From: Eledone cirrhosa
Taxonomy: Eukaryota
NCBI GenBank assembly: GCA_964016885.1
Contig: OZ024742.1
Location: forward strand, 138,508,001-138,572,000
Reading direction: 5' to 3'
DNA: 64,000 nucleotides
In this document: positions 39,841 through 53,476 of the stretch, piece after piece
How the letters are laid out: every line of letters begins with the position of its first letter
How positions within the stretch are numbered: position 1 is the stretch's first letter
Made by a program: the position numbers and the translations under genes
Notes under the pieces: generated by a model
Seen by the model: the letters and a program-made list of their open reading frames with translations, nothing else
Told to the model about the DNA's origin: nothing
The model's database searches: none

Positions 39841-42800
39841 TAAAAAAAACCTGCGGTATGGGAAAAAACCTGCGGCTTTGGAAGCATCCGATGATGTTGA
39901 CCAGTTATCCTTTCCGGGTAGTGTTTTCGATGCTCAGAGAGATGGATTGGTCGCGCGCAAGGCCTTTCCCCACTTAAAAAACCTTCAAAGCACAGGCATC
40001 GCTTGTTCAGGATCTGTTACAGGCTCGTGTGGCTGGCCGTAGCCTAAAGGTGCACCAAACTCTATGATGACAGATGATAACCTTGAAGTCAATGGCAGCA
40101 AGAGCTCTGGAACTTATTGTGAAGGGGTCTGGCCTGGCAGGTGTCCCATGGCACCGCAGCGTGGGCCCGGTCGTCATCCTACAAATGCAAGGAGGTTCAA
40201 ACCTCTGAATATTGGATGTTGGAATGTAAGAACTTTACTGGATTCCCAGTCCAGTAAAACTCGCCCTGAAAGAAGATCTGCTTTGGTATCGAGGGAACTC
40301 GATCGCTATAGCATGGGCATCGTTGCTCTTTCAGAAACGAGATTGGCAGGTGAGGGTCAATTCACAGAACAGAAGGGAGGATATACCTTCTATTGGAGTG
40401 GTGGAGCAGAGGGTTGTAGGAGAGAGGCAGGGGTCGCATTTGCAGTCAGGAATGGAATCGTCTCAAAGCTGGAAAATTTTCCTTGTGGATTCATTGATCG
40501 GATAATATCCATGAGAGCCCCTCTGATTCAAAACTGCTTTGTGACTCTTGTCAGTGTGTACGTTCCTACTATGTGTGCTAGTGATGATGAAAAACTAAAT
40601 TTCTACATGTCTTTGAGAGAGGTCATCCATGGTATACCTTATGCAGACAAGATTGTCATCCTTGGTGATTTTAATGCACGTGTTGGTAATGACTGGGAAG
40701 CTTGGAATGTGATGGGCAGGAATGGAATAGGTAAGTGCAATAACAATGGCCTACTTCTGTTGCAGATGTCCACTGAGATGGATCTTGTTGTTGGGAAATC
40801 GCTCTTTCAGCATAAAGACAAATATAAGACAACTTGGATGCATCCAGGTTCCAAGAAGTGGCACCTCATTGACTTCGTTTTAAGGAGAAAACGTTATATG
40901 AGGGATATCACATTGGTTCGTGTATTGTGAGGCGCGGAATGTTGCACTGATCATCGTCTGGTGCACGCCAGGTTTCAATTTGTTGTGAAGCCCAAAGTAA
41001 GGGGAAGAAGATTGCACTTCCAAAACAACTAAACGTGGCTCGTCTGAAAACAGAGAAGGTCAGAGCTGAGCTGTCGAGGTCCCTTGAGTCCATGGAATGT
41101 GAAAACACTTCGGAATCATTGAAGAAAACCGTCTATGATGTTAGTGCTGGAGTTTTGGGTCATACCAATAGAAAGCATAAAGACTGGTTCGATGAAAATG
41201 ATCCGGTGATCCAGACCTTGCTTGAAGAGAAACAAAAAGTGCTGACATCATTGTTGTGTGAGACACGTTCTGACAGGAGTGACCGGACCTTCAGGCAGAT
41301 CAAGGCCCGTGTGCAACATCGATTGAGAGCCATGCAGGATACCTGGTGGAGCCAAAAGGCTGATGAAATCCAAAAGGCCTCAGATAGACATGACACAAAG
41401 CTCCTATACAGTCTGCTCAGGGAGGTGTATGGTCCGACCGGTTCACAAATATCACCACTTCGCTCCGGGGACGGCAAGGAATTGTTCTGAGATCCGAAAG
41501 TAATCCTGATCAGGTAGCATGACCACTTTGATGAGCTTCTCAACAGACCATCAGAAATTGATGATGAGTTCATCTGGTCGATTCCATCCAGACCTACAAA
41601 GCTGGCAATGGCTGATCCTCCTTCATTTGATGAGGTGGCGAAGGCCATTGCCAAATTAAACAGCAGCAAGTCACCTGGAATGGATGGACTGAGTGCCGAG
41701 ATTTTCAAGTGTACTGGTGATAACCTCTTAAACCTCCTCACTGATCTCTTTGTGGATGTTTGGAATGAAGAAGATGTGCCACAGGATTGGAAAGATGCAC
41801 TGATGGTGGTACTTTACAAAGGAAAGTGAGCCAAAGATGGCTGTGGCAACTACAGAGGTATTTCACTGCTATCTGTGGCTGGGAAGATCTTGTGCAGGAT
41901 ATTGTTGGACAGATTGATACAGCACATTGCTGTTGAGGTACTGCCTGAGTCCCAATGTGGCTTTAGGAATGGCAGAGGCACTGTTGACATGATCTTCTCG
42001 GCCAAACAACTTCAAGAGAAATCCATTGAGCAGCGCATGGACTTATACCAAGTTTTTGTCGATCTGACCAAGCATTTGACACCGTTAATCGGAGGGTTTG
42101 TGGGTTATTTTAGAGAGATTGGGCTGTCCTGAAAAATGTGTGAGCATTCTGAAACTCTTCCACGATGACATGCAGGCATGGGTAAATGTTGGAGGTAAAC
42201 TGTCTGAGCCAATCTCGGTTGAAAATGGTGTCAAGCAGGGTAATACACCTGCACCAACTTTGTTTGCCTTGTATTTCGCGATGGTGTTCTTCGTGGCCTT
42301 CAAGGATTGTCAACACAGTATCTATCTCAGATATCGCACTTCCGGCAAGCTGTTTAACCTTAGGCGTCTCACTGCCAACACTAAGGTACTGAGTACCTTG
42401 ATCAGATAATTTCTATATGCAGATGATTGTGATCTCTATGCACACTCCCAGAGTGACATGCAACACCTTATGGATTCTTTTTCCAATGCATGCAGTGCTT
42501 TAGGACTGACAATCAGTCTGAAGAAGACTGTCGTCATGTACCAGCCTGCTCTGGATAAAGTTTTCAATGAACCCTCCATATACGTATACGGTCAAAAGCT
42601 GAAGGCTGCTGACACATTTGTGTATTTGGGGAGTACTCTAAGTGCGACCTTCTTTCTGGATGCAGAAGTTGGTCTACGTGTGAGTCATTTGGAAGGCTCA
42701 ACGACCGTCTTTGGTGCAGGCGAGGAATCACAATGAGGTCCAAGGTGAGAGTGTATGCTGCATGTGTACTGTCAGCTTTGCTGTATGCATATGAGACATG

Positions 42801-43626
42801 GGTTGCCTACAAACGGCATATCCACAGACTGGAAAGGTTTCACCAGCAGTGTCTCAGAGAGATGCTTGGTATCAAGTGGCAGATGCATGTGAGTAATGTT
42901 GAGGTCCTTGAGAGAAATGAGTGTCGGAGCATTGAGAGTATCATCGACCAACGGCGGTTGCGATGGACCGGACACCTCTACAGAATGGAGGATGATCAAA
43001 TCCCAAAACAACTCTTGTATAGCGAGCTTTGTGAGGGTAAGAGACAACCTCACAAACCAAAGCTCCGATTCAAGGATTGTGTAAAGGACTCATTGAAAGA
43101 AACTGGTTTGATGATGGCTGACTGGGAGATAGAAGCTCTTGAAAGAGAAACTTGGCGTGGAATGGTGAATGATGGTGTCCATTATTTTGAGGACAGACGC
43201 ATAGAGCACAAGAAGATCAAAAGGGATGTGCGTAAGCAATGCCCTGGTATATCTCTCGAAACGATCGGTGTCTCCATTGAATTGAAGTGCCCTGAGTGTG
43301 GAAAAATTTGCTTGAGCAAATCTGGTCTCAGGAGCCACAGTCGCAGCCATGTTCAAAGAGAACTAGTGACCTATGATCTCCACGGTCTTGTGTGGGTTCA
43401 CGGGCAACTTGATGCGAGACCTCAAGCCAGGGAGATCCATAGTTGTCAGTGTGTGAAGGAGTGCAATTCTCTAGCAGGCTTGAAAAGCCATATCCTAGTG
43501 TCCCACATCTGAATATGACAAGCAATTGCAATACTCTTGGCAGAGTTTGCAGCCATCATGTATGTATGTATGTATGTATGTATGTATGTATGTATGTATG
43601 TATGTATGTATGTATGTATGTATGTA
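39841..43626 (+). mobile_element. RTE-clade LINE, near full length
   Basis: Short 5' UTR, single APE-RT ORF, short 3' UTR, (ATGT)n tail; the 5' flank is also (ATGT)n. Confidence 0.95.
40064..43512 (+). pseudogene. RTE ORF: AP endonuclease + RT + C-terminal C2H2 zinc fingers, disrupted
   Basis: 'IGCWNVRTL', 'ALSETR', 'ILGDFNARVG', 'KSPGMDG', 'LPESQCGFR', 'GVKQG', YADD (tatgcagatgat ~42416), 'CPECGKICLSKSGLRSHSRSH'; several stops and frameshifts. Confidence 0.93.
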
Positions 43627-43631
43627 TATAT

Positions 43632-44640
43632 ACCCACTATTTCAAAACCCGGATCGGCAGAAATCTAAAGCGCTAGCAAAGAAAATATGGAATCTGAAAC
43701 GAAATTATGTAGGATTTGAGCTATCGTGCTCGTTTTAAAGTTTCACCCGGCTTTATCAACTGGAAATGAAAAATTGCGATCTTTGTGTCGCTGAAGTATT
43801 GGACAATGTGGCTGGTAATGATTTACTAAACATTAGGCAGGACAGGATCTTTAACTGCCAGTTTGTTTAACCATAAAACCTTTCGCAAAGTACCATCTAC
43901 AATAACAAAGGATTCTATCCTACATCTCTGTGTCTATTTTCACCGTAATTCCAGCATGCGTACGTTATTTCTCTTCTACCTTTATTTCTATTTATTTCTC
44001 ATCACAGCAATGGATACCCCTTAGCTATTAACTCTCTTTAACACCGCAAAACTGGCGCCTACAACTGGCCGTAATCAGTTACTCCAAACACGCTATTTTT
44101 CCTTTCATCTCACTCATTGAACTTTATATTTCTTGCCGCCGTCTTTCTTTGATCACCCCCAATAAACTTAAGAATTCAAACGCCCTTGTGATAATAACGA
44201 ACTATAGTTAATACAATACCCACTTGTCACCGCTCTCATTTCCTCTAATGACTTATTAATACATTCCTTTGGCTACTCTAAAATTTTTGTTCCCCTCCTC
44301 ATTAATCTTAACACAAGAAAGGTGGACATTTATGTATTTTTATATTTACATATGTATTCATTCTAATGTTAAATTTACATGATTATTATCCGATTAATAT
44401 GCTGATGAATATTTTGATCAGGTGCTTGTCTGCATGCTGTAATTACTATGTAAACGTGACCTGGATCACTGAGCTTTAGTTCTACTTTAGGCCTCCCTGA
44501 TGAATTGCAATTGTAAATAAGCTGCGTGGGATAGTAGATTATGTAATATAATGTTTCACCTCTCGTAGGCGATTGTGTAACTGCATTGAAACACAAGAGA
44601 CCCTATTAGGCAATAAATCTTCGATTTTCAACAGATTTTG
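43632..44640 (+). mobile_element. PLE 3' fragment
   Basis: 'FQNPDRQKSKALAKKIWNLK...NCDLCVAE...LLNIRQD..FNC' GIY-YIG tail; decayed HHR (CTGATGA attgca...tgcatt GAAAC) at ~44495-44595. Confidence 0.7.
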
Positions 44641-44729
44641 CCTAGTTTTTTTTCCTTATAACCTATTCATTTTAAATTACTTCGTGAAATCTCCTTGGAT
44701 AATACATCTCGTATAATAAAAATACTTAT

Positions 44730-45385
44730 GTTACACAGCTCTACTGACCACGTTGAGCACAATTAACCGGTAAGCTGCCTCCTCCATTTTTTGTATTTTA
44801 CACCAACCAGAATTAGCCTACAACCTACGGAGTGAACAGCAATGTGCTGCACTCAATTTTGTTCAAAGACATGACATTCATTCTTGATAATCTTTCCTCA
44901 TGATGTGCGGTTTTCAGCCATTTGCTCTCAGATATCCATATCAATCTCTCGAGCTTCAAGGGCACATTTTATATCTTCCTTAAATTGATTCCTTGGTTTA
45001 TCCTGTGGTCTTTTCCTTCTGGTCAGCTCCCCATAAAGTATTTATGCAGGCAGATATTTTCATCTTTTATTCTGATTACCTGACTAGCCAAACGCATCTG
45101 ATACAAAACTAACCTCTCAATACTGCTGCTGTCTCTTTTGTCAAGTATACTGAATACGTCAGAATCAATGCTGATGAAACCTTTCCAACTACTTGATATG
45201 TCTGTACATTATCCACGTCTTCCACCTGTATAGCATGGCGGTACAAACATGGATGTTGTTATTCTCTTCACCAAAACTTTACATCATATGCACCTGTGAA
45301 CTTTCTGACTATACAAGAATGAATACAATTTCCATCATTTATCAAATATTCTTTTCAATAGGGTTGCTTGATCCGCGCATGAGAC
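44730..45385 (-). mobile_element. RTE LINE 3' fragment, decayed
   Basis: Minus strand encodes 'LYGELTRRKRPQDKPRNQFKEDIK', like the RTE C-terminus (compare LYSELCEGKRQPHKPKLRFKDCVK). Confidence 0.72.
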
Positions 45386-47321
45386 AAACAAATATTAATA
45401 TTTGAAAATAAACTAATTTCCGCTTCTCATAGAAAATAGTATTTTAAAGAAATGCCACACACAGTTATTTGTGTCGGCATGTGTGTAATCCAGCATCCAT
45501 GCCTCCGTATACTCCCATAGGCACTCCACTGACTTGTGGAAATGGCACTAAAATTTCAATAACTGAGTTTTTAATATATAGTATAATATGCATAATATTT
45601 TGTTGTAAATAACGATTGGACGATAGAATTGTTGTGTATTTATCAAATCACTATATAGTATGTTATATTTTCAATGATTACGATAGAATATGCTAAGTGT
45701 TGTTGGCTTCAACTAAATAATGTTATGCACGGTGGAAAATATATTGCTTTTATTATCCCAAAAGGATTCGTAATTTGACCCAAATATCAAACGTTGAATA
45801 TCACAAAATTGTAATAGTTACTAAAGAAGATACGTAATCCGAATCAAATCAAACGTATCTTAATGACCAGTGAGCCACCCTTGGATTTTATGGAGTTATG
45901 TGGATGAAACGTACGTTTCTCATTGCATCGATCGGTAATTTCCCAAGGGTAGATTCTGGTATAGGAAGAAATTTAAATTTATCTTGGAAACCAACAATAC
46001 TGTAGTTAATTTCCGAATTCTTCTGTTGGTGCATAAAATAGACAGCTTTACACAGCAGGTTATATTTCGGATGGATTGTTGGTCATTAGAGATTTTGGTA
46101 GTGAGTACATACCAGCGTCTGGATAATTATTTATTCCTTACATAGTTGCCGGATTACCCTGAGGTTATCCACAGTTTCAGTTAGTCATGTTGATAAATGT
46201 TCAATTTGCAATTGTTTACATGATATAGATCAAGATATTTAGTGCCTCAAATGATTTATCATTTTCTTTACAACCAGATCTGTCATGTAAACAGAGAAAT
46301 ATATTTTATTCATTTTCAAGACACTAATTTGAGAATTGGCGTCTGTGTTTTGGTTTACTATAATTTTCTTCTTCAGACGGAGTTTGAAACAGGCATTAAT
46401 GCCATACAGGTTATTTTTATTATCATTAAACACTAAGGATATATTGATTCTAATCTTCAATATTGTGATTTTATATTTAAACGATATGAGAAAACAATTT
46501 ACTTATAAATGATCAATTCACTGACGAAAATAAAACAAATATAATTTGAATTAAGGCATGTAGGTTACTTAAATGTACACTTTCTTAAGCATTTTCTTTA
46601 GAAAATATTTAGATATACTTTCAAGTCGTTTTATGCTAACCACTTTGATCTTTTCAAATTAAATTCTGATTGTTATCTACGCATTAATAATACTCGCAAA
46701 CTATTGATATTATAATATCTGGTTAGATCAGTATAAATGAACGGAATATTGCAGAATTAATCTTTAGCGATATCTCTCATCTCTGATCGTCAATACGCTT
46801 AAAATGATAAAACGTTTATAGCAAAGAGATGCAAAACTATGAAAAGCGTAGATATGGATATTAATTAAATATTTTGTATCGTGACTTTTACTGAAATAAA
46901 TGATTTTCAGGGTTTATAATTCGGTTAATAAATCGAACGGGGTCCGGGAAATGTTGATCGAATTCCAATTAATAGAAAGACCAACTATGAGGATTTACGG
47001 GAGGGGTGGGCATTAAATTCGAATCAGAGAGTAAACAAAGTTTGATGTTTCTTTCTTACGTAGGATACATGGTGCTTTATAAGACATTAACTACTGCTAA
47101 GGAGGCTGCAATATTCCCCATTCATGTTGTTGTCACTGAATGTTTGATTACAGTATCGAAAACGTACGTATTTTATATAACCTAGAATATGGAATGGAAA
47201 GTAATATCAAATCTGGCAGAAGTTTCATCTCTGTAGTAATAAGTATAAAACGAAATGTAATACACACATACACGCATACAAACACACAATACCCCTTCCT
47301 CACATGCACACTAATAGGATT

Positions 47322-47457
47322 CTGATTTAGACACAATGCCAACAATTTTAGGAGTGGGGAAAGTCGATTAAATCGAATCCAGAGCGTTACTGGTACTTTA
47401 TTTTATCGACCCCATAATGATGGAAGGCAAAGTTAACCTCGGCGGGATTTGAACTCA
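47322..47457 (-). mobile_element. 5'-truncated SINE
   Basis: B box to 3' end of the consensus; older variant with gggaaagtcgatt. Confidence 0.75.
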
Positions 47458-47687
47458 CACATGCACAATCATAGAAGTAAGCATTTATATGATTTCACAT
47501 ATGTAACAGTGAACAGTATAACTTAGCTTAACAAAGATAATCGATGGAATTTAGTGAATGAAATCTCCTATAGTTGATTAAGGGGTGATGAGTTCAGTTG
47601 CTTGAGTTTTTTCTTTCTTTTGGACACCATAGATTAAGTAAACTAAAATAGAACTCATTCAGAAAAGTAACTGGCTAAAATAATAAC

Positions 47688-47871
47688 TGTTTCTACTTTA
47701 GGCACAAGGCCAGCAATTACCCAGTGCATTACTGGTACTTTATTTTATCGACCCCGTAAGGATGAAAGGCAAAGTCAACCTCGGCGGGATTTGAACTCAG
47801 ATCGTAAAGGGACGTAACTATGCTGGAAAGCATGGCGTCCGACCCTCTACCGATACTGCCAATCCACCGCC
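47688..47871 (-). mobile_element. tRNA-derived SINE, young
   Basis: Consensus match; 17-bp TSD ctggctaaaataataac. Confidence 0.93.
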
Positions 47872-47987
47872 TGGCTAAAATAATAACACCTTCTGGATCG
47901 TTACATTAATGTTTGGGGTCACGAAATTGTAGGAAAAGCTTCGATTGTTTTATTTAATTTCCCACTTACCATATTTATATATATGTA

Positions 47988-48055
<68 letters not shown>

Positions 48056-48058
<3 letters not shown>

Positions 48059-48668
48059 TGGCTGCCAACTCGTTTTCGAGTACGGCCACTAATTTATATC
48101 CATGTAGGAGAACTCCTACCGATGCGCTGAACGAGTGTGACTTTACTAGTCCAGCCAGCGACTTTAAAACTCTGGTACAAACAATACACTTGTGACAATT
48201 ATTGACACATAGTGCTGGGCCCATGGTACCATGTGACGACAAGTGCAGAGAGATCTCAAGATATAAAGCAATGCCTGTGCCGTGAAGCTTTTATAGTGAG
48301 CAAAGGCACTGCACAAAGCCAGTCCCACTCTCTTAACCAAGATGATATTTACCAAAAAGAAGAACAGGTCAACATCATTGGATACCATCAGGGTTGCAGG
48401 TGTTATATCAGAGTTTTCCTTCTCCTAGAATTCTGCCTTGACGAAGGCTAAGGGGTCATCTCTCCCTGTGATTTTGGTTGGCCATTGACTCTTAAGAGCT
48501 CCTTTGCCCATTGGCAGGTTTTGCTTTTAGTCCTGCAGGATGTCCAAAGTCACCCTCCTCACCAAGAAACCTTGGTGGGGTTGCCAGTTTAGTCGCCAAC
48601 CACCCGACCATGAGACAGGTTGTACTGGGATACATGTTACCAGTAGCACCAACTGGTGACCTGACATA
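48056..48668 (-). mobile_element. Internally deleted non-autonomous RTE derivative
   Basis: UTR-like 5' part (tgtcaggtcaccagttggtgc...) joined to a zinc-finger 3' end 'CIVCTRVLKSLAGLVKSH' and ...gagttggcagccaccat(TA)n; (TA)n on both sides. Confidence 0.68.
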
Positions 48669-49302
48669 AATATATATATATATATATATATATAACGAAG
48701 GAAATGTGGTGGACCATAACTCACCAGAGTATTCAATACTTTAGGTAGTAGAGTGGGTAACAGGAAAATGTTCAAGACCCCGACGGCAGTCCAGAAATAG
48801 CCGTAGGGGTCTTAAACATTTTCCTATATATATAGTAATAATAATAAATGTGAAGACTAAAATCCGAAGAGGGCTCGATAAGGATAAAAATATTTCAAAT
48901 TCAGAAGATCCCGTTAATGGTGAAAGCACAGATTCTTTGCTTAAACTTTAATCTGTTATTTTAATAAATATATATATATATACACACACACATTCACGCA
49001 ACACACACACATATATATATATATGTATACATTTCATACAGACCGTTCCTTTAAAATATTTTTGACTCTATACTTTCTTTACACACATAATCGTCGCCTA
49101 ATTCATTTTCCCTTTGTATATATATATATCTGGTTGTTCTAGGCGTAACAGCTTCCTGCGGAAATCTAAATATTTCAGGTGCACTCAACTATTAGGCTTA
49201 TAGCTATCATTTCATTGTCTCAAATTGTACCAAATGACTTGGAGCTTCTTTGGTTATATGATGTCAATCCTTTACTTGCTTCTCTTTATCTCAATCTATT
49301 TA

Positions 49303-49694
49303 TCTATATAATACTAAAAGTCTGTGATTGCTTGCTTGCTTGTCTGTAATGTAATACAGCCAAAAGGGCGCATAATGGGAAAATACTTTGAAAGGATGTC
49401 AAATAGAATAAAACAAGTTTCGCGTAACTCGGTGCACGTATTCCCGAGATATGGGGTTTTTGCGGGTACCTTCAGAACCAGAGAGAAAGAGAGAGTGAGA
49501 GGGAGAGAGAAAGAGATAGAGAGAGAGAGAGAGAGATAGAACAAGATAGTGGTTGTAAGTGAGTAGATTGAAAGAGGGTCATAGAGAGAGGGAGAGGTGA
49601 CAGAGAAGGAGAATGGAAGAGAGCTGGTGGTGTTATTGTGTATATATTTATATGTGAGTGTATGTGTGTCTATGACCAGTGTATCACAGACATC

Positions 49695-49733
<39 letters not shown>

Positions 49734-50498
49734 GGGATAACAAATTATCATTATAGGTAATCCAGTTAGAGGTTGTGATACTCCGTATTATGGATAGTTT
49801 TAGAGTACGGCGTTGCAAACAAACCTCAATTTTATAGCCATGTCAGTAGAATGAACCCTTCATTCTTGCTCTTGTGTTGGCATGTGAACAGAACTGCAGA
49901 CACTAAGATATCTGGGTATCACTCTTCGTAAGTACAGCTCACTGTTCATCTGCCAAACAGTCAGAGCTAATGAAAATATATGCTATTTTCAAAAATACAC
50001 AGTGACTGATCGGCTTGATTTACATATTAGCAGACTGGCTGATAAGTCAGATCTGTATATTAGCAGATCCACTGATCAGCCAGATTTGCATATCAGCAGA
50101 CTGGCCAGTCAGTTTCCTGTATACGAACGATAAATGGCCGGCTTTGCCAAATTCAAATAAAAAAAAAAGAAAATGTTTTCGCTCTACATAGCTGAATACA
50201 ATAAATGTAATCTGAGTTTTTCGAATATTAATAATAACAGTGGATCTGCTAATATGCAGATTTGACTGATCAGTCAGTCTGCTAATATGCAAATCAGGCC
50301 GATCAGTCACTGTGTGTGTGTGTATATATATATATACGCATTTATATATATACATACACACACGAATATATATATGGGCCTTCCAGTTTCATTTCACATT
50401 ACATACATATCTGTGTATATTTAAAATTATTTTTAAGTGAACACGATTTTTAAAATTATTCTTAAGTGAACGTGACCCACGGGTGACGGGTGGTCTAG
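49303..50498 (+). mobile_element. Non-autonomous Helitron with nested repeat
   Basis: A|TCtatataatactaaaag...(gctt)n 5' end; 3' GC-rich hairpin gacccacgggtgacgggtggtCTAG|T; carries the 5228-5671 family at ~49815-50312. Confidence 0.72.
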
Positions 50499-50669
50499 TG
50501 TCACCTAAAGTAATATCACCCAGTATCACTTAAAAGTAGATTCACTTTTGAAACTGCAAGGAAACTTTCAGTTGATTATTTAATTCCCACGTATCATATT
50601 CATGCTGAGAGACCATAGTAGGAACATAAAACTAAAACAGATTATACATTTGTATTATATTACTAATAA

Positions 50670-51060
50670 GGGAGGTGATTGGCAGTATCGGTAGAGAGTC
50701 GGACGCTATGCTTTGCAGCAAAGAGTGACGGCCCTTTATGGTCTGAGTTCAAATCCCGCCGAGGTTAACTTTGCCTTTCATCCTTACAGGGTCGATAAAA
50801 TAAAGTACCAGTAATGCTCTGGGTAATTGCTGGCCTTGTGCCTAAAGTAGAAACAATTATATTACTAATAAGGGTGGTGGATTGGCAGTATCGGTAGAGA
50901 GTCGGACGCTATGCTTTGCAGCAAAGAGTGACGGCCCTTTATGGTCTGAGTTCAAATCCCGCCGAGGTTAACTTTGCCTTTCATTCTTACGGGGTCGATA
51001 AAATAAAGTACCAGTAATACACTGGAATAATTGCTGGCCTTGTGCCAAAAGTAGAAACCA
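50670..51060 (+). mobile_element. Tandem SINE dimer
   Basis: Two units (50670-50856, 50872-51060), each bounded by attatattact and sharing private variants. Confidence 0.92.
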
Positions 51061-52582
51061 TTATATTACTGAAAATACTGCTATTATGAATTTTGGGGTT
51101 ACTCGCTATACATACAAGTCCACTTTCCTAGACCACGACTAATCACCAAATTCAGAGTAGTAACTGAGAGTAATCTCGATAATACACACAGGTATATATA
51201 TATTATACTGTGGTCATGTCGTTTTAATTAATCAATAATTATTTTCGCAATGGCAAAAATCGATCAATAAACTCTGGTTTGAGCAGATTTAAGCAGTCGT
51301 CGTCAGTATACAATTTCTGGTATAATATTAAATCACAGAGGTCTATTTCTGGTATAATATTAAATCACGGAGATTTGGCATAATAATGAAGTAGATGGCA
51401 ATGTGGTTATACTTCAATACATTTTATTTATTTATATAATAGCTGTTATACGTATTTTCATGATATCTGTTACGTAATTTTAATCCCTGAGATAAGATTT
51501 GATCAGTTTTTATTTGTATAAAGTGATGCAATATGGGGATATATCGACAGGAAGCTTTTCAGTGTTGATTCTCCACTACACTTTAAAAGCCCTTCAATGC
51601 ACAAATCCTCGATGTAGACTCACTGCCTGCTTAGCTAAGCTGTAAGATTTTCCTTAATGTTTTCCTTGCTGTGGTTATTTTGGACGTGAAAAACATTTTT
51701 AAATGTCTAACGTGTGAGTCAACCATTACATAAATATAACGTTAGTGATGCTTCATAAGTGATACAAATTTTTAAATAGTCATATTTTCTCACGACATCA
51801 TATGTTTTGGGGGTTTGTTTTTTTTAGAAACGCAATCTCTGTAAGATTTTAGTTGCTACTGTATGGCAAGAAATATTGAATAATATATTTCAGCCGTTGA
51901 AGTCTATTAAACAGAAGCGCCCGTATCTATTTCATTTAGTGACCGATCAAAGTTCATTTTTCTGATCCCTCGGGATTTATATCATACTGGTTATATTTTG
52001 TGTAGAAGGTATGAAATAATTGACACACATTTTGCTTACGTTAATCACACATTTATGTAAGTCTGTGTGTTCACATGTATCGTATAACAACGAGAACTTG
52101 TTTTTATGCATTTCCCTGAACAGCTATATAACCGTCCATAAATATAATTTGATACTATAATACCAGAATATTAAAATCTCCCAAATAGTATTTCCTGCAA
52201 TGCTTCTTCGCTTTCTCTTTAATTCGTTGTTGTTTTTTTCGTGGGGTGGTGGTTAATTCTCTCTTTTTATACATTCACTCACTCCAGTTTTCAAGGCCTT
52301 ATCTAGTTACTAGTGCTATCTTAAACAAAACACTTTATTGTAACAGGCATTCATTTGCGTAAATATTTCATCTATATTATGTTTTTTCAACTATTTTTAA
52401 AAGAATTCTCTCTACACGTACTGCTACCAAAGTACAACATCTCGTTTAGTCCTCCTAGAATACTGTAAGAGCTGAATGTTTTCTGATATACTCAGAATAT
52501 CCGAGAAATAATTATTAGCCTAGAGCTTTAGTAGAAAACATATTTAGCAGAAATTTCATTTTCATACCATCAATATGAAATA

Positions 52583-53185
52583 ATGATTTCTGATTTAAGC
52601 ACAAGGCCAACAAATTTAGGCAATGGGAAAGTCGATTATATTGATACTCATGCGTTACTGGTACTTTATCTTATTGACCCCTGTAGGGATGAAAGGTAAA
52701 GCTAGCCTCGGCTGCATTTGAACTCAGAACGTAAAGAGACATAACTATATACCGTAAAAGCATGTTGTCTGACGTTCTACCGACACTGCCAATCCAGTGG
52801 ATATGAAATAATTGTTTCTACTTTAGGCACAAGGCCAGCAATTACCCAGTGCATTACTGGTACTTTATTTTATCGACCCCGTAAGGATGAAAGGCAAAGT
52901 CAACCTCGGCGGGATTTGAACTCAGATCGTAAAGGGATGTAACTATGCTGGAAAGCATGGCGTCCGACCCTCTACTGATACTGCCAATCCAGTGGATATG
53001 AAATAATTGTTTCTACTTTAGGCACAAGGCCAGTAATTACCCAGTGCATTACTGGTACTTTATTTTATCGACCCCGTAAGGATGAAAGGCAAAGTCAACC
53101 TCGGCGGGATTTGAACTCAGATCATAAAGGGACGTAACTATGCTGGAAAGCATGGCGTCCGACCCTCTACTGATACTGCCAATCC
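52583..53185 (-). mobile_element. Tandem SINE trimer (one old, two young units)
   Basis: Units end in the identical junction ccagtggatatgaaataat; the young units have a 195-bp period. Confidence 0.92.
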
Positions 53186-53476
53186 AGTGGATATGAAATA
53201 ATGCATTCTGTAAATACTTGTTGAGTATAAATTAAATAAAGTTATGTGCACAGAAAGCGGGGGACTTACAAAGTATTTGGAAAATTTCAAATTTGAAAAT
53301 ATTTTAATAGACGACCATCATAAATAACGTTTGGGAAAATCGGACAAAGAAACTCTGGAGACAGAGGAAAGTGGACTCAGGCACCTCTGTCCCTTTTATC
53401 CCGTCTTCAGAGGTAGGGAAATTACTCGGTTTTCTCAAATATTACTGATAGTTATCGGTTATTATTACAGTCATTT

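Noticed and set aside
46367-51641. Short AG...GT-bounded open segments (46377-46409, 51563-51641) as host exons
   Set aside because: Such segments are expected by chance in AT-rich DNA; no recognisable protein similarity and no consistent exon chain.
50654-53202. Regularly spaced short direct repeats that look CRISPR-like
   Set aside because: The intervening sequences are near-identical SINE copies, not unique spacers; no cas genes; eukaryotic context.
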